DNA of 64,000 bases from Trichoplax adhaerens (GCF_000150275.1 NW_002060963.1:319502-383501); one strand, 5' to 3'. Positions 26,478 to 42,271 are shown, numbered from the stretch's first letter. A program made the numbers and translations. Notes: generated by a model not told the origin, from the sequence alone.

Positions 26478-29400
26478 GGGCTTAGGCTTTAGCAAACTTT
26501 CTCCTAAAAAAGTTAATTTCATTGCGTCACTGGGTACAGATCTTACTAGTCTGTAAGTAATCGTTCGCTTGAATTATTAAAACCAAGATTAGTAATAAGG
26601 TAGTCTATCTCACTTTGCTTACTGATACTCAGTATGTGCTATCTCTTCATTAACAAATTTATCTAGCATTTTATCGTCTACTTAAGGTTTGCTTTTGTTT
26701 TAGATATCTAGACGGTCTTCGACTAAAGGATTTCATAAACGCTTCTATGATTTCTAAGGAAATCCAAAATCTGTAAATGAAAATTATTTTCACAGTTTGC
26801 TACAAATCCTTCAGTAACCTACTGTAAAATGCTCTCTGAGGCTACTATTTAGCGTTACCAATCGTAGATATCCCTGTAAACTAAATGCCGTATGCTCTCA
26901 TAGGTATTAGAATTAAAGCCGCTTTGTTGTGATATTGATAATGTAAAGTGAAGAAAATACGTTACACTGTACAGTATGTGTTAAAGCACCAAGATGTCTA
27001 AAACAGGAGTCTTTACGTAGGTAAAAACGTGGGTATCTTTCAAACTGTTAGGTTGTGTACAGATACTTCACCGTACAATCCGTCAGAGAAAGAGTATAAA
27101 AACCGGGTGGGAGGGTTGGGAGTAAGAGAGACATCTCGAACCGAGATATTCCTTATATAGCTTTTGTATCAGTAAATATTTTTAACCTATTACTCATATC
27201 TAATCTTAATCGAAATATGCTATAAAGTACCGTAAGCTATATCGTTAAGGCTTGCAATGTTGTAATCTACTATGTCTTTTGAATAATTATGCTAATAATC
27301 ATTTGCTTCTACTTAAAACATCAGATATTTAAATGATAATGATATAAGCTCCATTCATGCATCATCGGCGCCGATACTTCGTAGCCTTAAGAAACTGTAA
27401 GAACATCAAACTAGCTAACTGTCGAATCTTCATGTTACCTTCATCTATTATCTTATTCAATATTGATGACTATACTAATAAATATCTATCAAACCTTTTT
27501 TAAATATAGATTTGCTGTAGTCTAAAAGATTCTAATATTACCAGCATCTATACTTCTAAATCTACGCATGTCTTATGAATGCATTAAATATACATGCTTA
27601 ATTTCAAATTTTACTGAAATATTTAGGGTAATGGATCGAAATAATATGGGAAATCAGGGATATGTGACGCTAATAACTTTAACTCCAAATCTAATAGAAT
27701 TGTTAGTGAAAATAAATAATTAATAAGAATACAGATGCATTTACGTTGATAACTTAAACAATACTAAAAATATTGCTATGGGTAAATGCTATTTTATTTA
27801 TTCGTGTTTCTGAAATATATACTAAACGGTAATAGTGGCACATAATATTAATAAATACGCATAAATGTTTTAACCTATTTAATATACCCTTTGCTATTTG
27901 AGACAGTATGCTTCGCAGATACTTGAAAATATTAAATTTTCAATATAGCACTACTGTTTTAGATTTAATTAACTCGTTAAAAATTCAAACTTTTATCGAT
28001 GCCTTAATTATAGGTACCTCGGCGAAAATAATATCTCCGAAATTTGTCCAAAATTTCTGTCTTTAACTGCCTTTTCAAAAATACGCTATCTGTTAGTATT
28101 TAACTTCATATACCTGATAAAGAAGATTAAGAACTGCAATTTAGCTCCATTTCTTGTTTATACATAATGAACATTAGCAGATTTCAAAAATTGTACGGAT
28201 TACAGTGAAATATTATCCATAATTTGTCTATAAATGATCCTCATATGCCTAGAAACATACTACACCCTTACACATATAGTAAAATTTCTCCTTATATGTT
28301 CTTAATAATTCATGAATGATATTAGAACTTGTGTGATTTCGAAGTTTCGCCATCGGCTAGAATATACATGTTTACTGAGTAATAGTAGCCATTTTGTAGT
28401 TATGACAATACAAAGTATGCAGAAATATACTGGTGATATATAATTTATTTAGGATATCTAATACGTCTTTTACATATCGAACAGGCACATAATTCTGTAA
28501 TATTATCTTGTACTGATAACCAATTTTACGCGACTACAATATAAATTAGCTAGCCTTTAATAAAAATAAGCATCAGTTTAATCTAGAAGAGATATGCAGT
28601 TTATTATGTCCTGCTTAGAATAAAGATTGTCATTATGCTGTGGTATACGCAGGAGAGTACTAGCCCGACAGTAGACTTCTGGTGTGTAATCTTTTCTAAT
28701 ATTTTTTACTTTTCTCGTTACCAATGTCAGCTTGTAACAACTAGTGTCTTATATTTTGTTGACAGCCTAGGTAACTATTTAATTTTATGCCTGATTCATG
28801 GCTAATTTTAAGCTAATATTAGATTTTTACAATATTTTGACTCATTACTAACGCTTATGAAATATCTGAAAGATACATTCTATGAACATGAAATAATAAC
28901 TGAATTTTAAAATTAATAGAAATCTCAATAGCAATAACATCGAAAAGTTAGATAGCTATTGTTTTTGGAGTATGCCTGACCTGAATTACCTGTAAGTACA
29001 ATTTTACAAACTGTAATGGCTAATGCTAATTACACATACAACAATTAAAATTAAGGCTAGATCTCAAAAGATAATTAGCATTGGCATAAGAAGTAAGGAA
29101 ATTTCAGATATCCACAATATCTGAGATACTGCTAGCAGTAAAAACTAAATTCTTATTTCACTTTTACGATTCTTTCGCAGGGTTTTGAAAGATAATCCGT
29201 TAATAAGTTTTAATTCCCGCTCTTTTGGTGGTGTAGCAGGCATTCGAAGCATGTAAGTACGTATATATACTAGAATCTCCTATTTTTATGTAGTTCGATA
29301 TAACATCAATGACAAAGGGATGATTTAAAGAGAAGCAGTTTTCATTTAGCAGTTTGACACAGAATGCGTTTAAGATTTTTGTACGCTCATTCATGTACAT

Positions 29401-32400
29401 TTCAAGCATAACAAATAAAATTTTACGATTTCTTAATACTTTACTTTTATTTATTGCACGTTATGATTTATTATCGGATGTACAATGTTGATATATCATA
29501 TTTGAATTACAAGCATATTATAAGTATAAGAATCTGAGAGGTTTCTCTAATTAGGCCAAGCCGAATCTATATTTTTTGAGAACGTTTTACAGCTCGAGAG
29601 TCAGATCAAACAAACTTCTAAAGACTTAATTCTAAGTACTGTAAGTGAAGATATAAAAAGGATAACGACAGAACTGAAACTGTCAACCACCATACTACCT
29701 AATAAAAGGAAGAACGTCTTCACTTACAACAGTTCGACCCCGAAAGCCTTTGAAATTCAACAAGTTCTTCAAAAGAATCTTCTTACACTCTCTACTCTAA
29801 ATTTTCTGATTGCACTAGCATGCACTATCATGCACAGAGTCTACAACGAGTGTGATCAGACTACTAATAAAATTGCAATTAGCTAGTAGCTAATAAATAA
29901 GGGTTATCAACAATAACTAATAAAGGGTTATCAACAACTAATAAAAGTTTATCAACAAATAAAAATCTTAATTGATCACACTAAAGCTACGATAAACTCT
30001 TGGAGTCTGCACTCCGTCATACACCTGCTTCTAAAAAACTTATTTATTAATAAATTAAAATACTGATAAGAAAGGGCATCGATTTCATGGTGTATTTTGA
30101 AGTAGTTACATGCTAAATAAAATATTTAAAACAGAATAACTTTACTTACATATTTTAGCACAAAACTACTTTACGAATGTATTAGCGTTGTAACGTGGAA
30201 AGGAAAAGTTCCCATATTTTCTCCAAAATGCTATAACAAAACTATAATCATAAATTTCCCTGAAAGTTAATGCTACTCCCTACTTGCTAGAAGTCTATTC
30301 ATCAGCTTATGCTAGATGTTGAGTTCAAACAATTAACAATTTTTTAATGGATATTTAAATTCAATATAACCCATTTTCAATTCATTGATTTTAATAATTT
30401 ATTTAATTTATAAAACGTTTTATTACTGGTAATATAGCCTTGAAATACCTATTTCCTTCTAATTTAAATTGTCCTTCGTCTATTAACTATAGACATTCGA
30501 CACGTGAATACTTATGTTGCGTTGCGCCATCCTCAGTAATTGTATGCAGACCAAATCCGAATCAATTTAGCTTATCTACATGCTATAATATTTTGGCGCA
30601 TGATTTATTGCGTGTATTTATCTGGGTAATTGGTATAATTTCAGTCGTTGGTAACACAGTTTCTATAAGGTGGCATTCTCAAAAATATTCTTCTAATAAA
30701 TTTGGAATAGTAAAAATGTTATTAATTAATTTATCGACTGCGGATTTTATCATGGGTATCTACCTAATTGTCATTGCATCAGCCAATGTATATTATGCAA
30801 ATCGTTATTATGAAGTTTTTGAAATATGGCTACGTAGTGTACCATGTTTAACGGCCTCGTTTTGTATCTCATTATCGAGCTTAATGTCGACATTTGTGCT
30901 TTTTCTAATAACTCTTGATCGTTATCTGCACCTAGTTTTTCCTTTTCAAAATTATCGCTTATCTACTAAAACTACTATCCTAGCATTGGTAGTTCTTTGG
31001 TTGATATCAATCACATTTGTTGGATTACCAATTCTTTATAGTATTAATCAACCGTCAATTAATCGTCTATATTCTAGCAATAGTGCATGCTTACCTGGTA
31101 ATTTTAATAACCCATATTTATTAACATGGCTATTATGTTATGCTGGATTAACCTTAATCGTTTGGATTTTTATTGCAATCATGTATGCCGCAATTCTATC
31201 GACATTAGCAAATTCAAGTAAAAAAACTCATAGACGCTTATCAAGGAATGATAAAATTGTTCGCGCTAAAATGATTACTATTGTAGCAACGGATTTAATA
31301 TGTTGGCTACCACTATATATAGTATTAATTCGAGGTTTTGGTTTTGGATTAGACACGCATTCACTACCATTTATCGCTGTGTTATCATTGCCACTAAATT
31401 CATGTATCAATCCGATCATTTATACGCTCTTTACAACTACCTTTATCNNNNNNNNNNNNNNNNNNNNNNNNNNNNNNNNNNNNNNNNNNNNNNNNNNTGC
31501 TTTGGAAGTTAAATTGCTGTTCATGTTTAACATTCTTTCGATCAATTCGTAAGTCAACTCAAGGCAGTCAGCCCCAAAGGAGTAAGTTAAGATCTAGTTT
31601 TAAAGTAAAGTGATTAATGTACTTCTGACGCCTTATTAAATGAGAGTTCTATAACTGTTAAGTAGTAACATATATCTTAACAACAAGTAAGCAGTACATA
31701 ACGATTACATTTACGCGTTAATACGATGAAGTATATACTTTATTTAAGTAACACCAAGGTAATTTCTATCTAGATATTTATACCGGCTCGATTCATCCAT
31801 CACATGTCACTGCAATTTCCAGTAACCCTGATCTATCTAAGGTAAAATCCTTTTTATAAGATTTGCTATCTTTATTAAAAACTATCAACTATCTTGGCTT
31901 TGGCAGGGCTAATTTTAAAATCTTTCAGCAATATCCAACACAATCATAAACTTCTTTCGTCCAATACTCGCTTTAACTACTGCATAATCTAAACTGGATC
32001 AATAGCATTTACTGTACGTTACTCCGTATAATGACTATTGTTAGATAGAAAGTATCGGTATCATATTCATGCAATGAGTGAAACAAGTGTACAAGGCTAT
32101 TGCATGATATAAGTAGCTCTTTCTTTATAACATAAATTGTAGAGTAAACTATTATAATATTAAAGGGAGATGCAGTTCCATCAGTAAGAAATAGTTTCTT
32201 ATAAATTAATTAATGAATTAATTATAAATCCAATTCGTCTAATATTCACGTTGCCAGCACAATAGCTAAAATTACTAAAATTACGTTATATTTTGCTAAG
32301 ATTTTCAAACGGTATAGGCATATGTCACGGTACGAACTACCGTGAAGAAATAGCCATCTGAATCTGGTTAATATAATATAGTGATAATGTATTACAACTA

Positions 32401-34498
32401 GTTACTTATAGTAGGAATTACTCTAATTATAAATGTGCTACAGTAAATTTAATGCTGTGCTGTAATGTGTACTGAAATGATTCTGTGAATGGACACATAT
32501 TGTAGTCCGACTGTGAAAAACTAGTTAGTAGATGTTCTCCTATGTATTTTTATAAGACGACTTGTGAATGTTAGCTGCTGTAGAAGGGTATATAAGCTCG
32601 TCAGATAGTTGAATAAAGCAGTTCTCAATTGTCTAGCTGAGTTTAACGTAGAATCAAAGGCGTTTAATTCTTGTGAGGTAGTTAAGGGATACTAGATCCC
32701 GGAAACTAATAGTAATTTAGAGATTTGTTTACGTTATCCTTGTCACGAAGCTGGTTTGTGACAGCATATCATTTATTTACTGTGATAAATATTATCTATC
32801 ACCGGTTGTTCAGAACAATTATGTTAAGTGAGATTCGCGATAAGCTCTTACAAGTATTTAACTTTGATGCAAGGTTTATATTAAAGTCGAATTACCTCAT
32901 AATTACGGAGTGAATAATTTGGGGTGGCTGCAGCTTTACAACGCAAAAGATAACTTGCCTTGGGAAAAAGAGATATCATTTTATACATACATCAAATCAA
33001 AAGACTGTAAATTAAAGAATATTATGGGTTGTTTGTGGTACTGTAAAGGAAATGAATGTAGAATCGAAATAGATGGTGGCGAGAAGCTATTTCCGGATAA
33101 ATTGTAGGTCGTATGTTTTCAGTTTTCATAAGGAGTTATGTATATTCTGTATTTATACAGGTATATTTAGAAGATATATCCTTTTTTCGCAGTATAACTT
33201 GTTTTACAGCAGACGCCAATGACATTATGCTTCTGAGCAATTCCATCCGTTTGCAATCCGATTACCTGACATCACATCGGATTCTGCAAATTAGTATGAA
33301 TATTATACAAGCAATTCAATCTTTGCACCTGAATAATATAGTCCATGGATCAATTAATACCGATGCTGTTATTCTACTTATTTCGCCGAAGGTACGTAAT
33401 AGCATATTTAAAGACAGATATTCTAACGATAATACAACAATTCTGAAATATTTAAGTTCTATTAGTTTATTTTGACCATGCCTATAATTTGTGCATGGTT
33501 TGCCTACAAAACTAATATCTTCATTAATTTACTTGAATGTAGTCTATGCCAGTGGTATCAATCAATATAAGAATGGGTCTTTAAATAATTCTTACTACGA
33601 TTAATCTACTTATAAAATAAATTTAGAATTAGAAATTTATAGATTCATGAATATCGCTTTCCACTCAAATACAATATAGAAATACTGTATCGCTACTAAA
33701 AATTATTAGTAGTCAATAAATTTCAGAAAACAATTCTGGTCATTCGAATATCATCCTTATTACGAATCAGTCGAATTTCTATTACTGTTTATAACGCTAC
33801 TATCTTTCCTTTATCGAAAAGTCATGATATAACTGATAAATTATTACTTGCTTAAATCTATATATCTAGGAACCGATTACCGCCTTATTAGGCAAATTTT
33901 CAAATACGACGATATTTAAAAACGATCTTCATGAAATATACAGAAATCGATACTGTCAATCAATGAAAGCAGATATTTCTGACTTTGCATTATTGTGCAA
34001 TGAATTAAGTTCATACTGCCAAACGCAAATCGATCAAATTAATGAGAGCCAATTGCTACCAGATAAAGTGATGCAGGCTAGCGAAGGTATTGAATCTTGG
34101 AGATCGGTAAACGAGAAAGTAAGTATCTACTTTAATAAACTGCATTAACTGTACGTAGTTGACTTCTAGCGACATGTGCTTAGCGAAAGCAGTAATGATA
34201 TAACTAAACCTTAAGTAACACAAGCATATTGTAAGGTAGTAAAACAGTAATCACTATCGTAAACTGTTATATTATACTTGTATGTCTATAACTAGTTGCA
34301 TTGACGTATAGTGATTGCTCTAAATGCTAATAATATTACAAATCTATAATAGATTCTTTGATGTTCATTAATCTAGTAAAACATTTATCAAATTTTTAGT
34401 TACGTATTGTCAAAGATGCCATCGATGATCAATTACAGGAAAATAGAGAACCAAAGCAAATTTTAGCTGATCTATGGGCCATTACTAGTGGTGACTAA
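26478..34498 (+). CDS. LRR-GPCR-pseudokinase, copy 2 (last 7 LRR exons, 7TM, pseudokinase); 5' part not seen beyond the gap
   Basis: LRR exons 26478-26552, 26704-26772, 27325-27396, 27627-27701, 28014-28091, 28920-28991, 29181-29252. 7TM exon 30493-31548 spans a gap, includes TM7 LPLNSCINPIIY, and in the frame LWKLNCCSCLTFFRSI ends at a phase-1 donor. Tail exons 31774-31841, 32874-33103, 33193-33391, 33870-34118, 34400-34498 (TAA). Splice sites are conserved with copy 1. Confidence 0.82.
32323..32763 (+). mobile_element. Solo-LTR-like element, family A short form (441 bp)
   Basis: TGTCAC...GTGACA; GCATA TSD; internal TATATAA and AATAAA; empty site in copy 1 near 24465. Confidence 0.92.
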
Positions 34499-35374
34499 AA
34501 GGATTTCATAGCCTACTCATCACTAAGTGTACCGAATAGTGTGAATTGATCATTCCCAATAATTAATCCCTGATGATACAATAGCCTGAAAATTAAAATA
34601 GAAAATCGAACTCAGTAAGAATGATGAAAATAACTTGTGACTCGAGTTTGTGCTTTTCTTAAATATAGCTTTAACAATGAGAGTAGTTCATTAAATCTAT
34701 AGTGTTATGGATATTTGACCAATGTCTGAATACACTGGTAGATTTCTATTTCCGTAAACGGTTATATTTATCATAGCAATTTTACTATAATAATATTAGA
34801 AAGTAAGTACTGTCCTTTACCTTTCGGATAGTATCGTTCACTCGGCTTAGGACAAGGTCAGTGATGAATGACCTAGAGAACTCTGGTAACTTCCCCGATA
34901 AAATTGTAATTAAAAAAAAAACATACAAACTGCTATATTGCTTGCGAGCAATGTTTTGCTGCCTTAATTGATTTCAAGAGTCTATGATAGGAACATTTAA
35001 TTACATTTATCGTCTTGTATATGATAAATACATATCCCAGTAATTATATAAAGTTTAGCATTGACATATGTGTAAGGGCACTGAAACCAATTTAAATCGT
35101 GATACTCTTGCTAATAAACTTCGTTCTTTCAATTTTGAAGCTCTCATATAAAAATTTCACATGTGTAATGTTCTCGTCTCCTTAAAAAGAGTTTACCGGT
35201 AAAATTTAAACTAGTGCACATCAATAAAATCTTTATATGCTTCTGTTGTGCTTGTAGGGACTTTGATGCACCCATCGAGGCATCTTGTATTCTCACTTAA
35301 GGCTAAAACTATCGTTTCTAAAACTATTCATTGACAGTACTCGACTATTCTAACGTCTAAATGTAATATTCTTG

Positions 35375-35815
35375 TGTCACAAACCAGCTTCGTGACAAGG
35401 ATAACGTAAAATAAATCTCTAAATTACTATAGTCTCCGAGATTCAGTATTCCTTAACTACCTCACAAGAATTTAGACGCCTTTGATTCTACGTTAAAACA
35501 ACTATACAATTGAGAACTGCTTTATTCAACTATCTGACGGGCTTATATACCCTTCTACAGCAGCTAACATTCACAAGTCATCTTATAAAAATACCTGGGT
35601 GAGAACATCTACTAACTAGTTTTTCACAGTCGGACTACAATATGTCCATTCACAGAATCATTTCAGCACACATTACAGCACAGCAATAAATTTACTGTAA
35701 CACATTTATAATTAGAGTAATTCTTATTGTAAGTAACTAGTTGTAATATAATATCATTATATTATATTAACCAAATTTAGATATCTATTTCTTCACGGTA
35801 GTTCGTACCGTGACA
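35375..35815 (-). mobile_element. Solo-LTR-like element, family A short form (441 bp)
   Basis: Inverted copy of 32323-32763 with its own TCTTG TSD. Confidence 0.92.
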
Positions 35816-36819
35816 TCTTGATACCGCTAGTCCACTCAAGTCTTTACTGCAAATTTTATGCTTTGGTGAATATGCTATTGTTTGTAAACCGAAAGTTGTG
35901 CACAGGAAAAATATAACTATTATAGAATTCTACAACTATTATCTTCTGTCAGATTTATCTTTCCCGACACTATAACTTTAAATTTTGGCGATCTGCTATC
36001 GATAGGAGGAACAACAAGGCCACTAGTCTCTCGTTAGATAAATCCGAGCCCAAGCATTATTGAAAAAGTCAGCCTATTTATAGTAAATCTACATAAAAAT
36101 TAATTATCAGCTTGTAGATATTACAAAACTAAGCAACTATCTATTAAAAGCATGTAAAACGTCATAGATAATTTAATAGGAACACGCTTCTAGATAAGTT
36201 ATCTTACAGAACCTATTACAGAACCTATGTTACAACAGCTACATAATAGTAACTTTAATAGTTGCTAGTGGATAGAATGATTTACAATCAGTTATAAACA
36301 TTCTATTGCTACGCTAGCCCTATGATATCCTACCTAGTAAATAAGATTTTATAACACCTATAATACAGCTTATTTCAGGGCCCTAGCTCTAGTGATCTTT
36401 CTTGACACAAAAAAAAACTTACAAAAGGAGAATTGTAATGGAGTATTAACGGGATCTTTGTTTTTATCTTGATGATAATTTAAAAATTAGTCTGATCGTA
36501 ATAGGTTAGATACGAAAACTCTTTAACATATTGCTACGAAGAGGAATTTCCTAATTGGTTTAGTACACTTAATTTAGCGTATGTAATTTTTGGAAGCTAT
36601 ATAGTGGTCTAATAGTTAAAATACAAGCCCATATTTCAACTTGAAAGCAAACTGTAATAGTTGAGATTGGGCCTTAGATATTATATACCTAACACAATGC
36701 GTTTGTATTGCATTTTGTATATTACAAATTAGTAGTGTATGTGATGTGATAAAATACCCGTTAATGTTTATGGTTTGCCATTCTACAAAGTTTTGCTATT
36801 GTTTTCTACTTATAGCTAC

Positions 36820-37382
36820 TATGATAAAATCCGATCACGAAAAATTCCAAAGTTGTAGAAAATTAGAACTTTATTAGATCTAATACTAATGACTAGTCAC
36901 ACACAGCTCTACTCTAGCCAAACACAACTACTGAAAGACTTCAAGAAAGAACAATCAGATAATCTAATATCTCCTGTTTTTAAACTCCTCGTAGTCTTCA
37001 GATCTACAATCAGCATAGCCGCATTCTAGCATATTTTACACATAATCAGCTTATTATTAATCACTATATTTTAAAGCGAACCATCGTTAATCTAATATAG
37101 AAATGATTTCAGTATTTTCATAGACATTATTCCTACACTCAAAGTTCAATGAACTGAGCATATTCTAATATATGATTTACAATACTATTTCTACTTCTAT
37201 CCTTATTAGTAGCTCAACATCATACCGTATATAGTCATCTATACTCTGGCACAGAGTCTATCCTTACAGTCTATAATTATGGGCTACTAAATATATCATA
37301 AGATAAATATAGAAAAGACACTACTGTACATCATACAAAACTTAGCTAATAGTCTACAACCACAATACTAAGTTACTTTACA
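36820..37382 (+). mobile_element. Family B element
   Basis: Same internal blocks as 6270-6807; flanks gctac/gctgc. Confidence 0.8.
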
Positions 37383-37766
37383 GCTGCGTAACACAGTAAA
37401 TCATTTTAAGGGTATATCTTGCAACAGTGTACTCCATATCAGTATTAGAATTATCAATTGGTCAATAGCAAAATTTATTTATTCATTCTTGAGATATATT
37501 TTGCAATAGTAGTACGCACTACTCATCAGTATTCTAATAAATATGTCACCACGTTCAATTTCTGAATAAAAGATATATAGATGTGCTTTGAATATATCGA
37601 TTATGACACTGGCTTAGAGGACATTTTTTCTGCACGTTTATTTGAGCGGGAGATATTCTAGTATTTATAGTAAAATTTGTTTCAGTACTGTAGCTGTAAT
37701 AAATTCTTCTAACTGTATGTAAGTGTGTTAGGATCTAGTTAGTTCATCGCAATTTAGCTTGTAAAA

Positions 37767-38037
37767 ATAATGTCTACATAAATACTGTAGTAGTTACCAT
37801 CTAGGATTAAGAGTGGTCTGCCGTAAAATGTTCTTACTTATAATATTTTGATTACGTGTGAAATGAGGTAGAATATTGCTATGCAGATAGTAGCAGCAAA
37901 TGTTACTAAGAGTCCGGTATTTAAGCGGGTAACTTTAGCTTATTCAGTCGTTCTTTCCAGAAGTATTTCTAGCAGTTAAAATCGGCTAGAGTTCTGATTT
38001 TTTTAAATTTTGGAAATTTATGATCGATTGTATCACA
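37767..38037 (-). mobile_element. Family B fragment (duplicate at about 42510-42782; other fragments at about 39713-39881 and 60248-60330)
   Basis: Partial matches to the family B sequence (aataatgtctacataaatactgtagtag; tactgtatatagtcatctgtact). Confidence 0.65.
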
Positions 38038-41000
38038 CTGCATCACAAGAAATCTTACTAAAAGAAATCGTAAAACAGATGAGAAAAATTTATCGATAAT
38101 CGCTTTCGAGATAGTACCTGATGAATTTTAACCAAAGTCATCTTAAAGCAACGAAATGGACATGATTTGTACTTCCGGCGAATAATCTAATACAAATCTA
38201 TAGTGTAATAAAAGTTTAAGTTCGTAAAATATACTATCGACATCCAAAATCATCTCCAGTTTTGATAAAGAGATACTGCTCTAAACGTTTTATTCTATGT
38301 AGCAACTATAGCGTTGATGTAATGCAATCTTAGGATTACGGAATATCGTTATCGCACTGTATTAACATGTATTTACTATATAACATATATATGGAGTTAA
38401 TAAAAATTTTTCTATCAGAGATTACAGCTCTAAAAATTCTGGTATATACATGTTACGGTGCTTTGCCGTCGTAATTTACAAGAAGAAAATTGTGACAATA
38501 CTACCATCTGAAGTTACTTGGAAATTGAAATTCTAATTTTTTAGTATTCTTTAAGCTAAAATTATTATACGCTTCCTACGGAGTTTTATTACTCGTATGG
38601 ATCGTCAAATAACTACATCTGCTAATCCAGTCTCAGTATTTGCTCGTAGCTCAAGGTACTCTAATAAAAACTTTATTGATATGTTTACGATCTAGTTTCT
38701 ATATTGTTTGTATTTTCTTCACCAGATTCCAATAGAAAATCTGCACTATCAAATAGCCAACCTAAATAGCTAGCAACAAATTCTAACTGATTTGCTAGCG
38801 CTCAGATCTACATAAGTATCGAATCAAATTTGTATTCTATACTGTGACTAGCTGATACATAATCCATGATTTCATGTTTACAGTAGTACTGAACTTCTAA
38901 TGCTATGACTGTAGCAACCAGCACTACGGTGATATACTGATTAACCAACATCAGTATATAGCAAATATCATTACTGAAATAAAGTATATAAGGCTAAATG
39001 GAATTTGCAAAATAATTCTTAACCGCAATTGCTGCAGATTCTATACTTGGTCTATTCCGAATATAAAAATTAAGTTGCTAGATTTTAAAGTTTAGAATTA
39101 GAAAACATGCTACAACTTTAAAGTATGTTTGCACATAGATAATTAACCTGTGATGGTTATTATCAGCAGTTGTAACAATAACTATAAAGATGGCTTCAGG
39201 CTTCGTTATGCTAAATCATCAATAGAATTGATGTTATTCTGTTATAAAACTGGAATATTCTTATTGGATTCGATCTTCCAGTTATAAGCTATTCCATAAT
39301 TCTATTCCTTAATATTTATAACTATGTAGTTGTATTCTTATTCCAATAATTAATGGATAGATTAATTTCTAGAAGTAAATAATTTAAAATGAATCTCTCT
39401 ACCTCTTCACAGCATATCTTAGCCCGTTCTTTTACTATTTATCAAACTGCAATATTTATATTCTGCTAGTGTATCCTTAGTAACCTTACTTTGTAGCATG
39501 TATAAAGTACTTTGGATAGCTTGTCCCCATCTGTATAATATTAAAAATAGGTTTAATCTTAATGCAAAAATTTATTAACTCAGTGATAATATATGGCACT
39601 GTTACGGAGCCATGCTCCAAAATATTAATTGCAATGTTAATTAAAATATCTGATTTAAATTGTTGTTTGGTCCAGTAGCTTATTAGATATTAATATTTAT
39701 TAATGAATATCTCAACACCTTACTGTATATAGTCATCTGTACTCCAGCATAGAGTCTATACCACTACAGTCTATAGTTATGGCTACCAAATATCTCTTAG
39801 GATAAATATAGAAGTTACGCTACCGTACATTATACTAAACATGGCTAACAGTCTACAATCACAATACTAAGTTACATCACAGCTATAGTTACAATGAAAT
39901 GATTATGATAGACAATGGATCTCTATAAGACTAAATAAATAATTGGATTATACTAGTGCAAACTCCCGTCGCTTTGCTGACGGTTTAACTGCAACCACTT
40001 TTAAATTCATGACTGAGTTAGTATTAACACCTCAAGATAAGGCTAATACTTAATGTTATTACTTTTCACAATGAATAGTTTTCAATGCGCTGTTAAAGAA
40101 ACTACAATTATGGAGCTACATCAGACATTATTGTCATTTCTGTTATTAATACCTGTACCGGCAGTGTAATTATAAAAGCAATGGGCTTAACGAGCACCTT
40201 CCGAAATAAAAGTAAATTTGGTCTAGAATATTCGAATGAGGATATATTTGCTATTAAGGAGTAAAACTCTCGTTCTGAGATTATTTATAATTTGTTTTAG
40301 TTATGAAAACAATATATTGTTACGGCAAGTTGTTTCTATTTTCCTGTTATAATAGTCAAGGCGAATGATAGCTCTCATCATATAATGATCTTGAATCCGT
40401 AAAGTAAATTAAAAGTTTGAACTTTCGCGTGCTTAACAGTGAATTTGCATACACTGGTGAAAAAATTGCCAATCTGCTGCAAGAGTTTATTGAGCTATTA
40501 AAATTAGATATGATGATAATCTTTGCTCTATACTAGTCTTTGTAGTAAACTAAATATCATAATATTTTGTTCGGCAAATAATTGGTTATAGACTGTTTTC
40601 ATTTATTGCTTCAAACATTGTTACACGCCTAATCATTGAACTCTAGCTATATGTCAGGGTTAAAGATCAATTCGCATGTGTGGGTGTCGAAAATTTTTCA
40701 CAGATTCTTAGTCAAAAGTAGAATAAACAATACAATTATAATTATGAGAATTGAATTGTCTGAATTTTAATCGTCAAAAATCCTTATTAATTCGGGTTTG
40801 TCTTCAGATACGCTAGATAGTATAAATATACTGCTAGGTATCTCAAAATTNNNNNNNNNNNNNNNNNNNNNNNNNNNNNNNNNNNNNNNNNNNNNNNNNN
40901 ACACAGCGCCACTAGTCTCTCGTTAGATAAAGCTGATCCCAAGCATTATTGAAAAAGTCAGCCAATTTATAGTAAATCTACATAAAAATTAATTATCAGT

Positions 41001-41710
41001 TTGTAGATATTATTACAAAACCAAGCAGTTATCTATTAAAAGCATATAAAACGTCATAGATAATTTCAATATGAACACATTTCTAGATAAGTTATTTTAC
41101 AGAACCTATTACAGAACCTATGTTACAACAGCTACATAAAAGTAACTTTAATAGTTGCTAGTGTACAGAATGATTTACTATCAGTCACAAGCATTCTATT
41201 GCTACGCTAGCTCTATGATATCCTATCTAGTAAATAAGATTTTATAACACCTATATTAAAGCTTATTTCAGGGCCCTAGCTCTAGTGATCTTTCTGTGAC
41301 ACAAAAAAACCTTACAAAAGGAGAATTGTAATGGAGTATTAATAGGATCTTTGTGTTTATCTTGATGATAATTTAAAAATTAGTCTGATCGTAATAGGTT
41401 AGATACGAAAACTCTTTAACATATTGCTACAAAGAAGAATTTCCTAATTGGTTTAGTATGCTTAATTTAGCGTATGTAATTTTTGGAAGCTATGTAGTGG
41501 TCTAATAATTAAAATATAGGCCCATATTTCAACTTGAAAGCAAAGTGTAATAGTTGAGATTGGGTCTTGGATACTACACCTAACACAATGCGTTTATATT
41601 GCATTTTGTGTATTACAAATTAGTAGTGTACGTGATGTGATAAAATACCCGTTAATGTTTATGGTTTGCTTTTCTACAAAGTTTTGTTATTGTTTTCTAT
41701 TTATTGCTAC

Positions 41711-42271
41711 TATGATAAAATCCGATCACGAAAAATTCCCAAATTGTAGAAATTAGAATTTTATTAGATCTAATACTAATGACTAGCTACATACAACTCT
41801 ACTCTAGCCGAACACAACTACTGAAAGACTTCTAGAAAGAACAATCAGATAATCTAATATCTCCTGTTTTTATACTCCTCGTAGTCTTCACATCTACAAT
41901 CAGCATAGCCGCATTCTAGCATATTTACACATAATCAGCTTATTATTAATCACTATAATTTACAGCAAACCATCATTAATCTAATATAGAAATGATTACA
42001 GTATTTTCATAGGCATTATTCCTACACTTAAAGTTCAATGAACTGAGCATATTCTAATATATGATTTACAATACTATTTCTACTTCTAACCTTATTAGTA
42101 GCTCAACATCATACTGTATATAGTCATCTGTACTCTAGCACAAAGTCTATCCTTACAGTCTATAAATATGGGCTACTAAATATATCATAAGATAAATATA
42201 GAAAAGACTTTACTGTACATCGTCCAAAACATAGCTAATAGTCTACAACCACAATACTAAGTTACTTTACA
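41711..42271 (+). mobile_element. Family B element (same insertion as 36820-37382, in the duplicate block)
   Basis: Exact GCTAC TSD (41706-41710 and 42272-42276). Confidence 0.82.

Larger units (their letters stand above)
26344..34590 (+). repeat. Duplicate of about 17895-26293
   Basis: Colinear near-identity; begins right after the N gap at 26294-26343. Confidence 0.95.

Noticed and set aside
29893-29958. Three approx. 22-bp direct repeats
   Set aside because: Simple tandem repeat with no spacers; not CRISPR-like, and the context is eukaryotic.
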